DNA of 64,000 nt from Azolla caroliniana (lineage: Eukaryota > Plantae > Polypodiophyta). The stretch lies in the NCBI GenBank assembly GCA_043228905.1, contig JBHGNT010000012.1, positions 2,604,001 through 2,668,000 of the forward strand, in the 5' to 3' direction. Below the pieces are notes generated by a model. It searched no databases. It saw only the letters and a list, made by a program, of their open reading frames with translations, and was not told the origin of the DNA. The first letter of the stretch is position 1, and each line of letters begins with the position of its first letter. A program made the translations under genes and the position numbers. This document shows, piece after piece, positions 12,621-26,090 of the stretch.

Positions 12621-14015
12621 CAACGTTACGTACTCTCTCTTCTTCTTGCACCAACAAGAAGAATGACAACAACCAACCACAACTAAAAGTTTGCCCTAAG
12701 TCATATTTATACTAATATGACTTTTCGGCTATTTACAAATATAGTCACGGTGGGCTCTTCAGAAAACATATTTACGAATATGTCTCTTCATCCGGAGAGC
12801 ATTCCTCACCGGGTCTGCATCATCCGGCTCTCTGTAGCCGGGTACTCCTCATACGGTTTCGGCCTCGGCCTATCGGCCTCGGCCGAGTTTGTTCATCAGC
12901 ACTGTTCTTTTCTCTTCCCATCAAGAGGGACCTGTCTCCCAACAAGAAACGAGAAATGCAGAAAAAGACAATTTCTGGAAAGGAACGGAAGAAGAACTAC
13001 AGAAGAAAACAAGAAGAACCAAATGAAGAAGAAAAAGAAAAAGAACCCTAAAATAAAATTGAAATGAGAGGGAAAAAGAGAAGAGAGGGGCATGCGAAGA
13101 AATTTTAAAATCTTGAGGGTAGCAACCTAAAATTTCAGAAACTTGGGGGTACTGAATGAAATTTTCAAAACTCGAGGGTACATATCAAAATTTAAAAAAA
13201 ACAAGAGGGCACCACCAAAATTTTGAAAATCCCCAAGACTACTCACACACACTCAAAACAAAGGAAGAACATACATATACACGACATGATTTTGGACCCA
13301 TGACGAAGTTCGTTAGCCGACAGAACGAGAATGTTCGTGTCGCGAAAAGATTTGCTTACCGACAAAGATGTTCGAGTCAAGCACTTCGATCGAGTGAGTC
13401 GATCATTGAAAGGACCGATGGAAGTTCCGGTCGAAGAAATATCATCATCAAGGCATGTGGGATCGACGTGCAAGGCACTCTCCCACGGGCGTGCCATATT
13501 GTGTTACCCCGTACGAGACGTATGGAGAGTTAAGTGTGACGAGCGAGGGTCGAATGTTATCATGATGTTGTTGTGTATGTGTAGGGGGCATAAATGTAAT
13601 TGTGAGTCTATACGTATGTGAACACATGCACACGTGTGTGCATGTGGATGGATACGAGGAGGTGTGAGTGAGTGTCCAGTATGAATGCTCGAGGGGGCTT
13701 ACACCCCTATGTATCTACCCCCTCTTGTACTATTTAACCCCTTATGGGGAATGAATGAAAAGAATAATCATTTCTCTCTTAATCTCTCTCTCCCTCTCTC
13801 TCTTCCCTCCCCTTAACGTTGAACCCCCTTGGGAGGGGGGTGGAGCCATTCTAGGCACCACCCCCCACCCCGCAATGCTTCTCAATGCTTGTCAACATCT
13901 TCATGATCTCTCTCACCATCATACTCTCCATCGTCATCATACCCACCATGTCTATCTTTATCATCAATCATCATGATTATCATAAATGTTAACCCTAACC
14001 CTAAAACTAACAACA
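10766..14015 (+). mobile_element. Non-coding LTR retrotransposon B (Gypsy/Tat-like PBS), inserted in A
   Basis: LTRs 10766-11291 and 13502-14015 (TGTTACCCC...CTAACAACA), highly similar. Degenerate TSD CCGCT/CTGAT; a CCGAT ancestor restores the host reading ESPIMTRLSGP. PBS-like TGGCGACCAC at 11297. No recognisable gag/pol inside. Confidence 0.88.
12345..12898 (-). repeat. LTR fragment related to Copia H LTRs, inside B
   Basis: Reverse complement shares motifs with 38160-38630 (CCGTGGTTTTTCCC...GGGTTTTCCACGTAAA, GTTGTGGCCGAG, ATATGACTTAGGGCAAA). Left boundary uncertain. Confidence 0.6.
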
Positions 14016-15447
14016 CTGATCATGACCCGACTGAGCGGACCAAAGAGCCTTTGAGCGATCAAAACACATCACGGCCTAGCCCGAAGATGGACAAACGTAA
14101 GGCGGCGAAAATGTCGGAATACGACGACGATCGCTTCGACGACGATGAGTCGACTCACTCACTCGATAGTGAGGTCGGCGGCTTCGATGTACCAATCGGA
14201 GCTAAGAAAGCCCTCATCTCTACAAATGAAAAGCTCCGTCGCTCCACCCGTGAAAAGAATCCGGTCAGCCAATTAGGCTACAATGACTACATGGCATATC
14301 ATTATGCCTTTATGATGAAGGTGGTGACAGTACGCGAGCCGGAAAATTTTTCCAAAGCAGCCAAGGATCCGCAATGGATCGAAGTCATGAACAAGGAGAT
14401 GCAGGCACTACGCAAGAACGAGACGTGGGATCTTGTTCCCACCTCACCACACAAAAAGGCGATCGGATGCAGATGGATTTACAAAGTGAAGTACAACGTT
14501 GACGGTTCCGTCAACCGCTACAAAGTGCGACTCGTAGCGAAAGGCTACGCACAAACACACGGAATTGACTACGAAGAGACCTTTGCCCCGATGGCAAAGA
14601 TGACGAAGGTACATACCATAATTGCGCTTGCCGCGGTGAAAGGGTGGCACCTCCATCAAATGGACGTCAAGAATGCCTTTGTACAAGGCGAACTAGAAGA
14701 GGAGGTGTACATGATACAACCACCCGGCTTCAACTCGAGCACCCATCCGAAAGTTGTATGCCGACTCAAGAAGCTACTCTATGGCCTCAAGCAAGCACCG
14801 TGTGCTTGCCATTCGAAGATAACACAATATCTTCATCAAATCGGCTTCCGTATGTCAAAATCGGACAACTCCCTCTACATACGAAGCGATTCTGCAAGTC
14901 TGATCGTCATGATCTTATATGTGGATGACCTAGTCATTGGAGATGAGTATCTCGTTGAAATCAATAAGGTCAAATCCCTCCTTTCAGACAAGTTCGAGAT
15001 GACGGACATGAAGGAGCTCCACTACTTCCTCGGCATCGAGGTAATTTGGACTCCGGCCGGAATCATGATCTCTCAACGGCACTACATCCTCAACTTGTTA
15101 TACAAGTTCGTTATGGTTGAGTGCAAATCCGCGACAACCCCGCTCGATCGCAATCTCAAACTAGATGTGAACTTCGGCACTAAAGCATGTGAGCCGACTC
15201 AGTATCGGCAACTCATCGGGAGTCTCATCTACCTCACGATGACTCAACCCGATCTCAGTTATCCGGTCGGTCTCCTTAGTCAATTCATGCAAACATCGTG
15301 TGATATTCATTTGGATTGCGCTAAGTGAGTTCTACGATACGTGAGCGGCACAATGGATTGCGGCATCCTCTACAAGATTGCAATGCCAATACGACTCGAG
15401 GGGTACACAGACGCCGATTGGGTAGGCTACAAGGCCGATAGAAGATC
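14016..15447 (+). pseudogene. Copia A reverse transcriptase
   Basis: [40 protein letters not shown] motifs; stop at 15326-15328; interrupted by C at the start of RNase H (YTDADW). Confidence 0.93.
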
Positions 15448-18400
15448 TGTTGTAGACAAAGGCCGTGTCGATGCTGAAGATCAAATAGCATTCGATTCTT
15501 GTTGAGTACCTGCGAATTACAGTTTGCAAGATCGTGCACAGAGATAGAGAGAGGGAGAGAGAGAGAGAGACACAAAATGCTCTTTCTATTCAATAGAAAA
15601 GAATAATACAACCAACCTTACAAAAAGGTTACTAGGTCACTATATATAGTGACCGACTTAGGGCAACTACCATTTATGTTAATTACACAAATGGTCCAAA
15701 CTTGAGCTATACAAAGGGATAGTGTGAATATGTCCATTATACACTTGTATTCGACACTCCCCCGTAATGGGCGTATACATGGGTTATCTAAGATTACAGG
15801 TATAGACCTAGGTTCTCGGACATATCAGTTTTGTTCGAGTCGGCAGGGTCCGAAGGCAGAAGACCGAACTGGTCGGGTCGGAAGAGTTGAAGCCGATCAT
15901 TAAAGAACTGATGTCGGTTGTCTGAAACCATCCTGCGCTGTGTCCGGCTCTAACCGGATTGGTTTGTCGTTACGCCCATCTGATCCCGAAGGGACCGAAA
16001 GCGGTCTGCCGAAAGACACTTGGTCATTCCATCTGCGACATTGTCGGTTGTGGATATTTTCTCTAGACCGATTTTCCCTGAAATGACGCAGTCCCGAACG
16101 AAGTGATATCGAACGTCGATATGTTTGGAGGCGTTGTGGTGAACCGGATTTTTCGACAAGGCAACAACACCTTGACTGTCGCTATAAACAACTGGGGCCG
16201 AGTCATGGTCGACTTGTCGAAACGTGTGCGCCAGCCGGCCGAGCCACAAAGCTTCTTTTGCAGCGTCGGACGCAGCTACATATTCTGCTTCGGTCGTTGA
16301 GGTCGCTGTGCACTCCTGAAGTTTCGACTTCCACGAAATTGCTCCATTGCCGAATTTGAAGCAGTATCCAGTTGTTGATTTCCGACTGTCTATACAGCCG
16401 GCGAAGTCCGAGTCGGTGTAACCGACTACGCCTGAGGTTGAGTTCGGGCCGAAAAGAATGCCGTGGTCTTTTGTGCCAGCCAGATATTTGAACACATGCT
16501 TGACTGCGTTCCAATGCGATCGGCCAAGATTGTGCATAAATCTGCTAACGACTCCTACGGCGTGAGAAATATCAGGCCGTGTCGCGACCATCAGGTACAT
16601 AAGGGAGCCGACTGCCGGTGCATACGGTACCGACTTCATATCTTCCCCCTCCGGACCGGATGTCGGGCAGTCTTGCTGAGAGAGCCGAAGATTCATGGGG
16701 AGCGGGGTTGAAGCAGATTTGGCTGATTGCATGTTGAAGCGTTCCAAGACACGTCCGATATAGTCGGTCTGAGACAAAAAAAGATGTCGTTTATCGCGAT
16801 GCCGACTAATCTTCATGCCAAGTATGTGTCGTGCCGGACCGAGGTCCTTCATGGCAAACTTCAACCGCAATTGCCGAATGAGATCGACAAGTTCGCCCGC
16901 GTGGCGTCCAGAAATTAGCATGTCGTCCACGTAAATGATGAGGAAGATGGGTGATCCATCTTGAGCTGTGTTGGTAAAAAGACAATGATCCTCATCGCTT
17001 TTTGAGAAGCCGATCGATTGGATAAAGTCGTCGAACTTCTTGTACCATTGTCGCGGTGCCTGTTTGAGGCCGTATAGACTCTTCCTGAGTCGGCAGACTA
17101 GATGTTCTTGGCCAGTTGCCACGAAGCCTTTTGGCTGCTCCATATAAATTTCCTCTTCAAGATCACCATGGAGGAAGGCTGTTTTGACATCTAGCTGAAT
17201 CAGCTCCAAGTTGTCGGCTACCACTACGCCGAGTAGAAAACGAAGGGTTGTCATTTTCACCACTGGTGAAAAAATCTCGTCGAAGTCGACGCCATATTCT
17301 TGTCGGAAGCCCTTCGCAACTAATCTGGCCTTGTACTTTGGGGTGGTCGAATCAGACGTCTCTTTTAGTCGATAAACCCACTTGCAAGGAAGAGCACGTC
17401 GATTCTTAGGTAATTCGACCAGATCCCAAGTCTTGTTTGCCCGGATGGAGTGCATTTCCGACTCCATCGCCAGATGCCAGGTGGCTGAATCGACAGATGT
17501 CGATGCTTCTTCGTAAGACGTCGGTTCGCCGGCGTCGGTGAAGAAAATTCCAGGAGAATATCTCTCCGGAGGTTGCGACAGTCTCTCGGATCGTCGAGGT
17601 ATGATTGGCCTGGTCGTATCGGGTATCGAGGTCGGATGGTCCGAAAGCGAATTATTCTGCTGTGCCGAGTCAGAGTTGTCCGAGTCGGTAATGTAAGGTT
17701 CAGCTACCCGTGAAGCTGACCGTGTGTTGAGAGCGGGGCCTTCTTGAAGGGTCGGCACATCGGAAAATGTTACCCTTCGGACTTCGATCGGTGGTTTGAC
17801 TGATGGATTCATAGCCGACTCGTTGAACACAACGTCCGAACTTCGAACGATTTGTCTGCGTTCGGGGTCCCAGAGTCGGTATCCCATTTCGCCGTCTGAT
17901 CCATATCCAAGGAAAATGCCGAGGTGCAAGTTTTCGGCGATCATCTTTCGGAATAAGGGCGTACGCCTCGCATCCGAAGATCCTCAGCTTGTCGTAATTC
18001 GGCTTACTGCCGATCCATAGTTCCTGAGGAATTTGAAGTCCTAGAGGTCTGCTTGGCGACATATTGATTATGTGTACTGCCGTGAGTAGAGCCTCTGCCC
18101 AGAAGCCATCCGACAGTCCGGAGTGTTGGAGCATGGAAACTATCCGTTCTTGGATTGTCCGATTCATGCGTTCTGCAATCCCGTTTTGCTCCGGACTGTG
18201 TGGTGCCGTAAATTCACGTCGGATGCCGCGTTGTCGGCATAATTTGACGAATTCTTCTGATTTGAACTCTCCCCCATTGTCGGTCCGAAAGCATTTCAGT
18301 TTTCGGTCAGTTTGATTTTCTACCATAGCGAGCCAATCGGAGAAGATCGAGAAGACACGATCTTTGGTGCGAATTGGATAAGCCCACACCTTTCGAGTCG

Positions 18401-21000
18401 AATCGTCAATAAAACTGACGAAGTAAGAGGCACCGCCGAGAGACTGATGCGGCATTGGGCCACAGACGTCCGAGTGGACTAAATCGAGAGGTCTCGTTTC
18501 TCTTGGTGCTGATGTCGGGTGTGATGCGGCTGCTTGTTTGCCATACTGGCAATGTTCGCAGAATTGATGGTCCGAGAAGGAGAGTTTAGGGATGTATCCG
18601 GCTCTAGATAGGTGCGTAATGCCGGCCTTGCTGAGGTGTCCTAATCTTCTGTGCCATAGTGATGACATAGGAATGTCCACCAAAAACAGGTTACCCTCTC
18701 TGAGCGTAACATGTAACGGATACAGTGAGTGTATCTTGGGTCCTCTAGCAAGCAGGAGATTCCCCCTGTGGAGTGTCCACCCTCCCGAAGAAAAACCGGC
18801 ACGAATGCCGTCTTCATCTAGTTGTCCGACTGAGATCAATGGCCTTGAGAGCTCGGGTACATGTCGGACATTGTGAAGTACAAGTGTAGAGCCACCTGCA
18901 AGGTTGAGGTCTACTGTGCCGATTCCAATGATGTCACAGTGTTGCGAGTTGCCGACTCGAACTGAGTCGGAGTGACGGATCGTATATTGCCGAAATTGGG
19001 ATCGATGAGGAGTCACGTGAAATGACGCGCCCGAATCTAAGAGCCATGTGCTCGATTCTTCAGTCGTGAGCAGAACTTCTGATCCGACTGGATTTTCGAT
19101 TGATAGTATATTCGGGTCGTTTGGTAGCACATCAGCTGAGAAGCTGACGTAATTGATCTCCTCATGCCGGCCACTCTTCTTGTCTGATTTCTGAGACTTG
19201 TCGTTCTTGTTCTTGAGTGCGCGGCAGTCGGCTTTGATGTGTCCGGGTTTCTTGCAATAGTTGCAGATTCGATTATCTCGTGACTGGCTCCGTCTTCGAA
19301 GATTGTTCGGCTGCCGTGAGGAATCTCTTCCTCGTATGTTCGATCGGTCTGTCGAACCTTGTACTACATAAGCGTCGTCTGTTGAGTCTTTGGCGAAAGA
19401 CTTTCTCCGAGCTGCTTCGGTCAGGATTGCACTCGTGACTTCGGAGTATTTAACAGCCGTGGTTGACGCGTTGCACACGGTTGTGACGAAAGTTTCCCAT
19501 GATGAGGGAAGGCTGCTCATGAGTATCATTGCTCTGAGTTCATCCTCGATTGCCGTCCCCTGAGATGAGATTTGGGAGCTTATGCTTTCGTACTCATTGA
19601 GATGTGCTTGAACCGAATCTGATTCTTTCATCCGCAAGTTGTAGAGGCGCCGGATCAGAAACATCTTCGTTGCGGCGACCTTCTTTTCGTAGGTGTCTGA
19701 CAGTGTTTTCCACAGTTCGAATGCTGTCGTACACGATTGCACCGTAAAGTATACCGATTCCGATAGGTGCATCCGAATCGTGGCGCGGACGATTCTGTCC
19801 AGCTTCTGCCACTCAATTGGTTTGTATCCTTCTGGAGGTTCTTCATTTTCGATGGGATCGATTTGCCCCTTGACTATGAGATAGTCCTGCATTTGCTCCT
19901 TCCAGAAGTTGAAGTTCAATCCATCGAACTTTCGTAGACTCATTTCTGACGAGCCGGATGTTGATGCCATCAAATTTGGTTTCGGTTGACGAAGCTCGGT
20001 TCGGAGTTGACTACGAACCTTGTTGGAGTGCAGCCGGTTGGCTCACCCGATATCGTTCTAGTCGGATTTGAACCCGAGTCGGTTCGGCTTCGGATATATG
20101 TATTGTTGAACTTGCTTGAATTGACTCCGGTAACTTGAGAGACAGAACCGACTGGTCTTCCCGAATGTTGCCGAGTCGGAGTGAGCCCGGTTCGCTTCCG
20201 AATATATATGCCAAATACCGATTATTGAAACCGATTGTCTGGACCAATTCTGCTTCGGGTGACTGCAGCGACGAGAGAGACGGATCCAACTGATCCTCCT
20301 GAATGTCGATCAGCCGGATGAAGCACGAATTGGGGTTGTTGTCTTGAGACCGATCTGCACCGAGTGGTTACAATGAGCGGCGAGCAGCGTTTGATGACCT
20401 CTTCGGATGCCGTTTAACCGAGTGGAGCACGATCGTGTCAATGTTGCACAAGGAGATTTCACCTCGAGCGGTTACGATCACAAGGAACAGAGTACAACCG
20501 GCTGGCTTACTCCAAGCGAAGATGATCTAACGCGATGAGATGCAAGCCTCGTTTTTCTTCTTCTTCTCTGTTTCTTCGAATGACGCAAGAAGCCGAATGC
20601 TTTGCAGACTAGGATGAAGCGAAGAACCGAATGCTGTGCAGGCTGAGACGACGGCCGACAGCGGGTTGAGGAACCTTGCTCTGATACCAAATGTTGTAGA
20701 CAAAGGCCGTGTCGATGCTGAAGATCAAATAGCATTCGATTCTTGTTGAGTACCTGCGAATGACAGTTTGCAAGATCGTGCACAGAGACAGAGAGAGGGA
20801 GAGAGAGAGAGAGACACAAAATGCTCTTTCTATTCAATAGAAAAGAATAATACAACCAACCTTACAAAAAGGTTACTAGGTCACTATATATAGTGACCGA
20901 CTTAGGGCAACTACCATTTATGTTAATTACACAAATGGCCCAAACTTGAGCTATACAAAGGGATAGTGTGAATACGTCCATTATACACTTGTATTCGACA
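15448..21000 (-). mobile_element. Ty1/Copia LTR retrotransposon C, young, full length
   Basis: 309-bp LTRs 20692-21000 (5') and 15448-15756 (3') differ at 4 positions by my comparison. TSD AGATC at 15443-15447 and 21001-21005. PBS (tRNA-iMet) 20678-20689; PPT next to 15757. Confidence 0.98.
15950..19973 (-). pseudogene. Copia C gag-pol polyprotein with a single frameshift
   Basis: ORFs 17700-19973 and 15950-17944 hold all Copia domains. Relative to copy D, 11 bp (TCCAGGAAATG) are deleted at about 17920. Confidence 0.95.
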
Positions 21001-21005
21001 AGATC

Positions 21006-21462
21006 AACCTCCGGATTTGTTTTTTCCCTCGACAGCGGAGCAATATCCTAGAGCAACAAAAAGCAACCAATCATCGCTCTTTCGAACACAGAGGCGGAAT
21101 ACAGGGGCGCGACAGTGGCCGCATGTGAAGCCGTATGGCTCAAAAGGATACTCAAGGATCTAGGCGTACCCATCAAGGATCCGACTTCCCTTTACTGCGA
21201 CAACATGAGTTGTATCTATTTGGCTCGGAACCCGGTGTTCCACGCGCGGACAAAGCACATCGAAGTGCACTATCACTTCATTCGAGAGCGCGTTCTAGCT
21301 AGCGATGTCGACCTACAACACATTAGCACAAATCTTCAAACGATGGACATCTTCACTAAAGCCTTAGGAGCCGACAAGTTATGGCAATTCATGACCGATC
21401 TCGGATTGACGATCCTTGACCTGCCAAGCTTGAGGGGGAGTACTGAAGACACTACGCAATAA
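21006..21462 (+). pseudogene. Copia A RNase H
   Basis: [51 protein letters not shown]. Confidence 0.92.
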
Positions 21463-21642
21463 CGCGTGGATTCCACAAGCGCGCAACGAAGCCACGAAGA
21501 GCCAATCTACCGCGCAAAGCCGCGAAGAAAGGCGCAAGCCGAAGCATAGACTTCGCAACTACACACAAAGCTGGAGCACGGATTCCGCAAAGCAGATTTT
21601 GGATACCGTCTGAAACCGACCCGATTTGAGCTTGAGGGGGCG

Positions 21643-22024
21643 TGTTGAGAATCGAGCTCAACTTGGTCTAGTGTGTGAACTCACCTTGAGAGTGAATATA
21701 CACTCCAACGGTCAAGAGTCACCATTATGTCACCACTTTGTATTCTAGCATTTAGTATGAGTCATAGAATCATATTCTATGACACATAACTTATGAGCTT
21801 TCACATTCCCCATGCTCCATGAGTCTTGTAGTTAATGAAGAGAGAGGGTGACTATATAAAGCACCCTCCTCCCACCTTGTAAAATGTTGAGTCTTTTCTC
21901 TTTTGTTAATATACTTTACCTTGCGTATTCTCTGTGTCTTACTCCTTGTCTCTCTCACTCTCTCACTCTCTCACTCTCTCATACACACACACACAGTTCA
22001 TATGTATTCCGTTGCACAGAATCC
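21643..22024 (+). repeat. 3' LTR of Copia A, truncated
   Basis: Matches 7778-8156, then diverges. Confidence 0.9.
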
Positions 22025-22659
22025 GCATGGGATGGTGCCAAAGCCTTTATGATGATGTGATTCGTCGTCGTCGTCGTCCATAACTTCACTAATAATTCTA
22101 GCTATATCTAAAGAATTAATTGATACCATTAATCACAATCATAGATTGACATATTCGCATTCGTGGGGTTTCCCATTCGAATGCATATGAATACGAATAC
22201 GAATGGGTAGTCAAGTATTCGTACCTTTCACAATTAATTGTAGGGCTGAGCTCAAAGATTTTGTGTTTGTAGTTGGAAGCTCAACATATCTAAGGGCCCG
22301 TCTTATGCATTCATCTTCATTATAAGATTCATTTTTAAAGCTATTACCCCACATTCAATATTAGAGTTTTGTGTAGATTTTGTACTCACTAGCATGATGG
22401 GTGGTTGTTTCATCCCTTTACTTGGTGTTGGGCTATCAAATACTACAACATTCATGGCAAGAATCATAACATGAGTGGTTAATACAACACACATCCATAA
22501 AAAATGAGTCACTACCATTAACCCAAAGAATGCTTGAAAGTTGAAAATGGAGAGCTCTTCCCTCTCCCTAAGTTGCCTCAAAATGCCCAAAAATTAATCC
22601 TCTTCCCTTCCTCTTATAGGAAGAGAGGCACCTCATTTTGTATTAAATGTTATTATCAA

Positions 22660-23170
22660 TGGGATAACTTAAATGCTCGTTGTTTTATATAATAAATCAT
22701 GGTTTTGGAAAAAATATACATGAATACGAGATTCATTGTAAGCATGAATGGTTTTGGAAAAAAAATATATTATTCGTAAGCATGAACTCCTCTTTCTTTG
22801 TTCATTTTCCTTCATCAATTTCATGAATGGAATATGTAACTTTATTTGATAAATCATGGTTTTGGAAAAGGAATATATTATTTGTAAGCATGAACTCTTC
22901 TTTCTTTTTTATTTTCCTTCATCCATTTCATCAACGGAATAACTTAAATGATCATTTTCTTGTTTACTAAATCGTGGTTTTGGAAAAATAATATATGATT
23001 GGTTTTGGAAAAGGAATGTATGAATACATGATTTATGGTAAACATGAACGGTTCTGGAAAAGGAATATATTATTCATAAGCATGAACTCCTCTTTCTTTG
23101 TTCATTTTCTTGCATCCGTTTATCAACGTTTGACTTAAATGATGGTTGTCTTGTTTATTAAGTCATTTAT
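22660..23170. repeat. Degenerate AT-rich tandem repeats
   Basis: Recurrent GGTTTTGGAAAA(G)GAATATATTATT(C)GTAAGCATGAACTCCTCTTTCTTTG. Confidence 0.7.
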
Positions 23171-24082
23171 TCCATTTGAATCAATTACCAAAGGTCGCGA
23201 ACACACAAATATGGGTAGAACGGAATAGTTCATGGTCGCAAACACTCAAATATGTATAACAAGTAATGTGATCAAAAGCCACACGTTCAAAGAATTGAAT
23301 AACCCTATCTAGGCTTTTTCCAAATGTATTGAAAGAAGACCCTCAATGTAGAAACCAACCAGGGTAGGAGCACACTACGGTGTACCAAAAAAGTAATGTT
23401 TTTTGCCAAAAAAACACGAGTACGTTGTATACTGTTAGTACTAAATAATTTTTGAAAAATGGACCAACAAAATAAAACTTTTTAGGGAGTGGGGTGGGGG
23501 CAGTGTTGGGCAAAGTTTTTAACTCCTACCGGAAATTTTCCTGCTGCTTGTGATCCTAACCAGAAATTAAAAATTTTAACCGGCCACTTTCCTACAAGTG
23601 ATAATGTCAACCGGAACATGTTAATTTTTTTTTTTACCACATGCCAAATTTTTTTAGCACATGTATGATGCAACAACCATATGGGCTTTAAGATGCCCCA
23701 TGTACATATGCACATAGAGAGTCCACTAATCATTATGTTGTCCTAAATATACATATAGCAAACTATCCACCCCACATGAGATCATTTGAGTTCAATTGAC
23801 AAAACCCTCCCCCTTTGATGATAGAAGCATTGTTACATCAGTCAGAAACAATGACTAGCACCACTAAACCCATATAGGTGAGTATACCTTTAAGTGAAAA
23901 GGATAATCTCTAAGATATGAGTAATGACATACAAGTCCAAGCATCCAAAACTTAGTCGTATGTCCATATTAGCATGTTACTATCACAACTCCACAAACAA
24001 GGGTCATGTAACCTGAATTTCAGCAAATAAATTACCAGTTGTCTTGTATGTGATATCAGATTGGCAATGATAGGAATATTAC

Positions 24083-24628
24083 CTCTCTTAACATGGAAAA
24101 GTGTATTTCATGGTTTGCAAGAACCAACATTATAAGATCAACATCCTGCTCAATTTCTAGAGTGTCAAAGATGCTATACTAGAAACAATTGATAACAATG
24201 AAAACCATTTTTATTTCATGTACAGTAGAAAATACATAGAAGTCCATACAAACAATGGAAAGTATTGGAATCAAAGCCACGAAGATTTATCTCCAAGCAA
24301 ATGTATGACATGACTTTATGCCCCCCTTCACCTAGGGAGTTTGCATCAACAAAATAACCTAAGATGTAGAAATACTACAGGGTGGGAACAACATGTCATG
24401 GTCATGCTATTTAGCCAGTAGACCCTAGGTTCCTACTTTGATCTGACGCCATCCAGGATCATGATTGAGTCAAAGGTGTATATAGTATCAAAGAGTAACT
24501 GCCAAACTGTCCATGAAAGGAGTCCCTGGTGTGATTACATTTGAATCACAAGCTTCAGACTTCTCCTTGGGAGGAATAATTCGACCTTCTGCCTCAAATT
24601 CCCTGCTCAATCTTTCTTCTTTGGTAGC
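24083..24628 (-). pseudogene. Captured fragment of a 5'-3' exoribonuclease gene (XRN2/XRN3 type), three exons with introns
   Basis: Exon 24437-24628 reads [36 protein letters not shown]...LNHDPGWRQIK with 2 stops. Exon ~24240-24358 reads [16 protein letters not shown]...[13 protein letters not shown]. Exon 24083-24145 reads DVDLIMLVLANHEIHFSMLRE. These match the XRN motifs FDSNxITPGT, PGEGEHKIM and HCLYGLDADLIML. Confidence 0.9.
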
Positions 24629-25839
24629 CTTGATCAAACATGGTAGATTATAATTAATCAGAACACAGTAAAAATTCTATCAATCCCTATTTTCAAACAA
24701 CATGCACAGGCAAGATAGTCCTGTATTTTAAAAAATCACCTTCATTTAGTCTATAATACAACTTGATTCTCATAAAACAAATATAATTGTATTACATTGA
24801 CATAGACCCATCATTGTAAGTGTGCAATATCCCCTCCACAAATTGATTAGCGAGATTCATGAAATGGAATGAATTGAACTTAAGAGCCAATATCTCTACA
24901 TATACACCATATCAAGTGAAACTAACAAAAGAAAGCTAGATAGGGGAATGATATGATACTCACTCTAGTCAAACTCAAGAGCCAAGTAGCTGATGTAGAC
25001 CTCGTTGATGATACAAAAGAAACAACGACTCTAATTCTACTCTCGTTCAAATCAATAGATAAAAAATCATTAAGTTCAATTTATCTTCCCCAAAAGAACT
25101 TGTTTTTTAAATTAATGCATATTCTTTAACTGATGATTTTGAACATGCAAAATTAAACTTTCACTTTCTGGGCATTACCTTTTATGAGCATCCACATATT
25201 CATCTGTCTCATCATCAATCTCTTCCTGCATTATTATTAACCCACAAAGGTGCATGAGATTAAAGAAACAAAGTAGCCCATAGTCGAGAATTGAGATGTA
25301 TGTGCAAACTGCTTGGAGTTTAATACACTAATGAATTAGCCCCATTAAGGCAACCACAAAAACATACATCTAATGGTTTGACGAGTCGAGGGTTCCTTCT
25401 GCATTTGCGTGGATCGGAAGGCTATCAAACATCTGATAATCTCCACAACATGAGTACAAACAGATGACCTTGCGTCCCACATCATTGTTGTGCAATTGAC
25501 ATGGAGACAACAGATTAGATCAATCCCCATATTAACTGCACAAAAGATCAAAATGAATAAATAGAGTTGATGATAAACGACTTAAGCACAAAAAACCCAA
25601 CCAAACGACTTAAGCACAAACCTTGAAAACAAAACACACTATTCGCGAAGAGGTAATACAAAACATAGGAAAAGAGAGGGGAAACAGGGGGAAACAGGGA
25701 TTCGAGAGTTTGGAAACAGGGGGGAAACATGGAAAAGAGGGGGGGAAAGAGGGATTGGATAGTGTAGGGAAACTGGGGAAAACAAACAAAATGTGGGGGA
25801 AACAGAAAGAAAGACAGAAAGAAAGTGGGAGGGGGAAAT

Positions 25840-25879
25840 ACGAGAGAGAGGGAGAGAGTGACAGACACTGTGTATGTGT

Positions 25880-25928
<49 letters not shown>

Positions 25929-25984
25929 ACTTTTTTTTTATACGAGAGAGAGGGAGAGAGTGATAGACACTCTATGTGTGTAGT

Positions 25985-26016
<32 letters not shown>

Positions 26017-26090
26017 CTACTTTTTTTTTATACGAGAGAGAGGGAGAGAGTGACAGACACTCTGTGTGTGTTAGTAGAGAGAGAGAGAGA
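25840..26090. repeat. (AG)n microsatellite within a three-copy tandem repeat
   Basis: TACGAGAGAGAGGGAGAGAGTGA(C/T)AGACAC...(AG)n occurs three times. Confidence 0.85.

Larger units (their letters stand above)
7778..22024 (+). mobile_element. Ty1/Copia LTR retrotransposon A, degenerate; hosts B and C
   Basis: 5' LTR 7778-8174 (TG...CA), PBS TGGTATCAGAGC 8175-8186 (tRNA-iMet), gag-PR-IN-RT-RH order, PPT TTGAGGGGGCG, 3' LTR 21643-22024. The last ~20 bp of the 3' LTR are missing, so no TSD is visible. Confidence 0.95.

Noticed and set aside
22303-22590. 95-aa minus-strand ORF as a transposase remnant
   Set aside because: No motif I can support.
23373-23500. CACTAC as a CACTA element terminus
   Set aside because: No matching GTAGTG end with a 3-bp TSD found, and the following bases are atypical.
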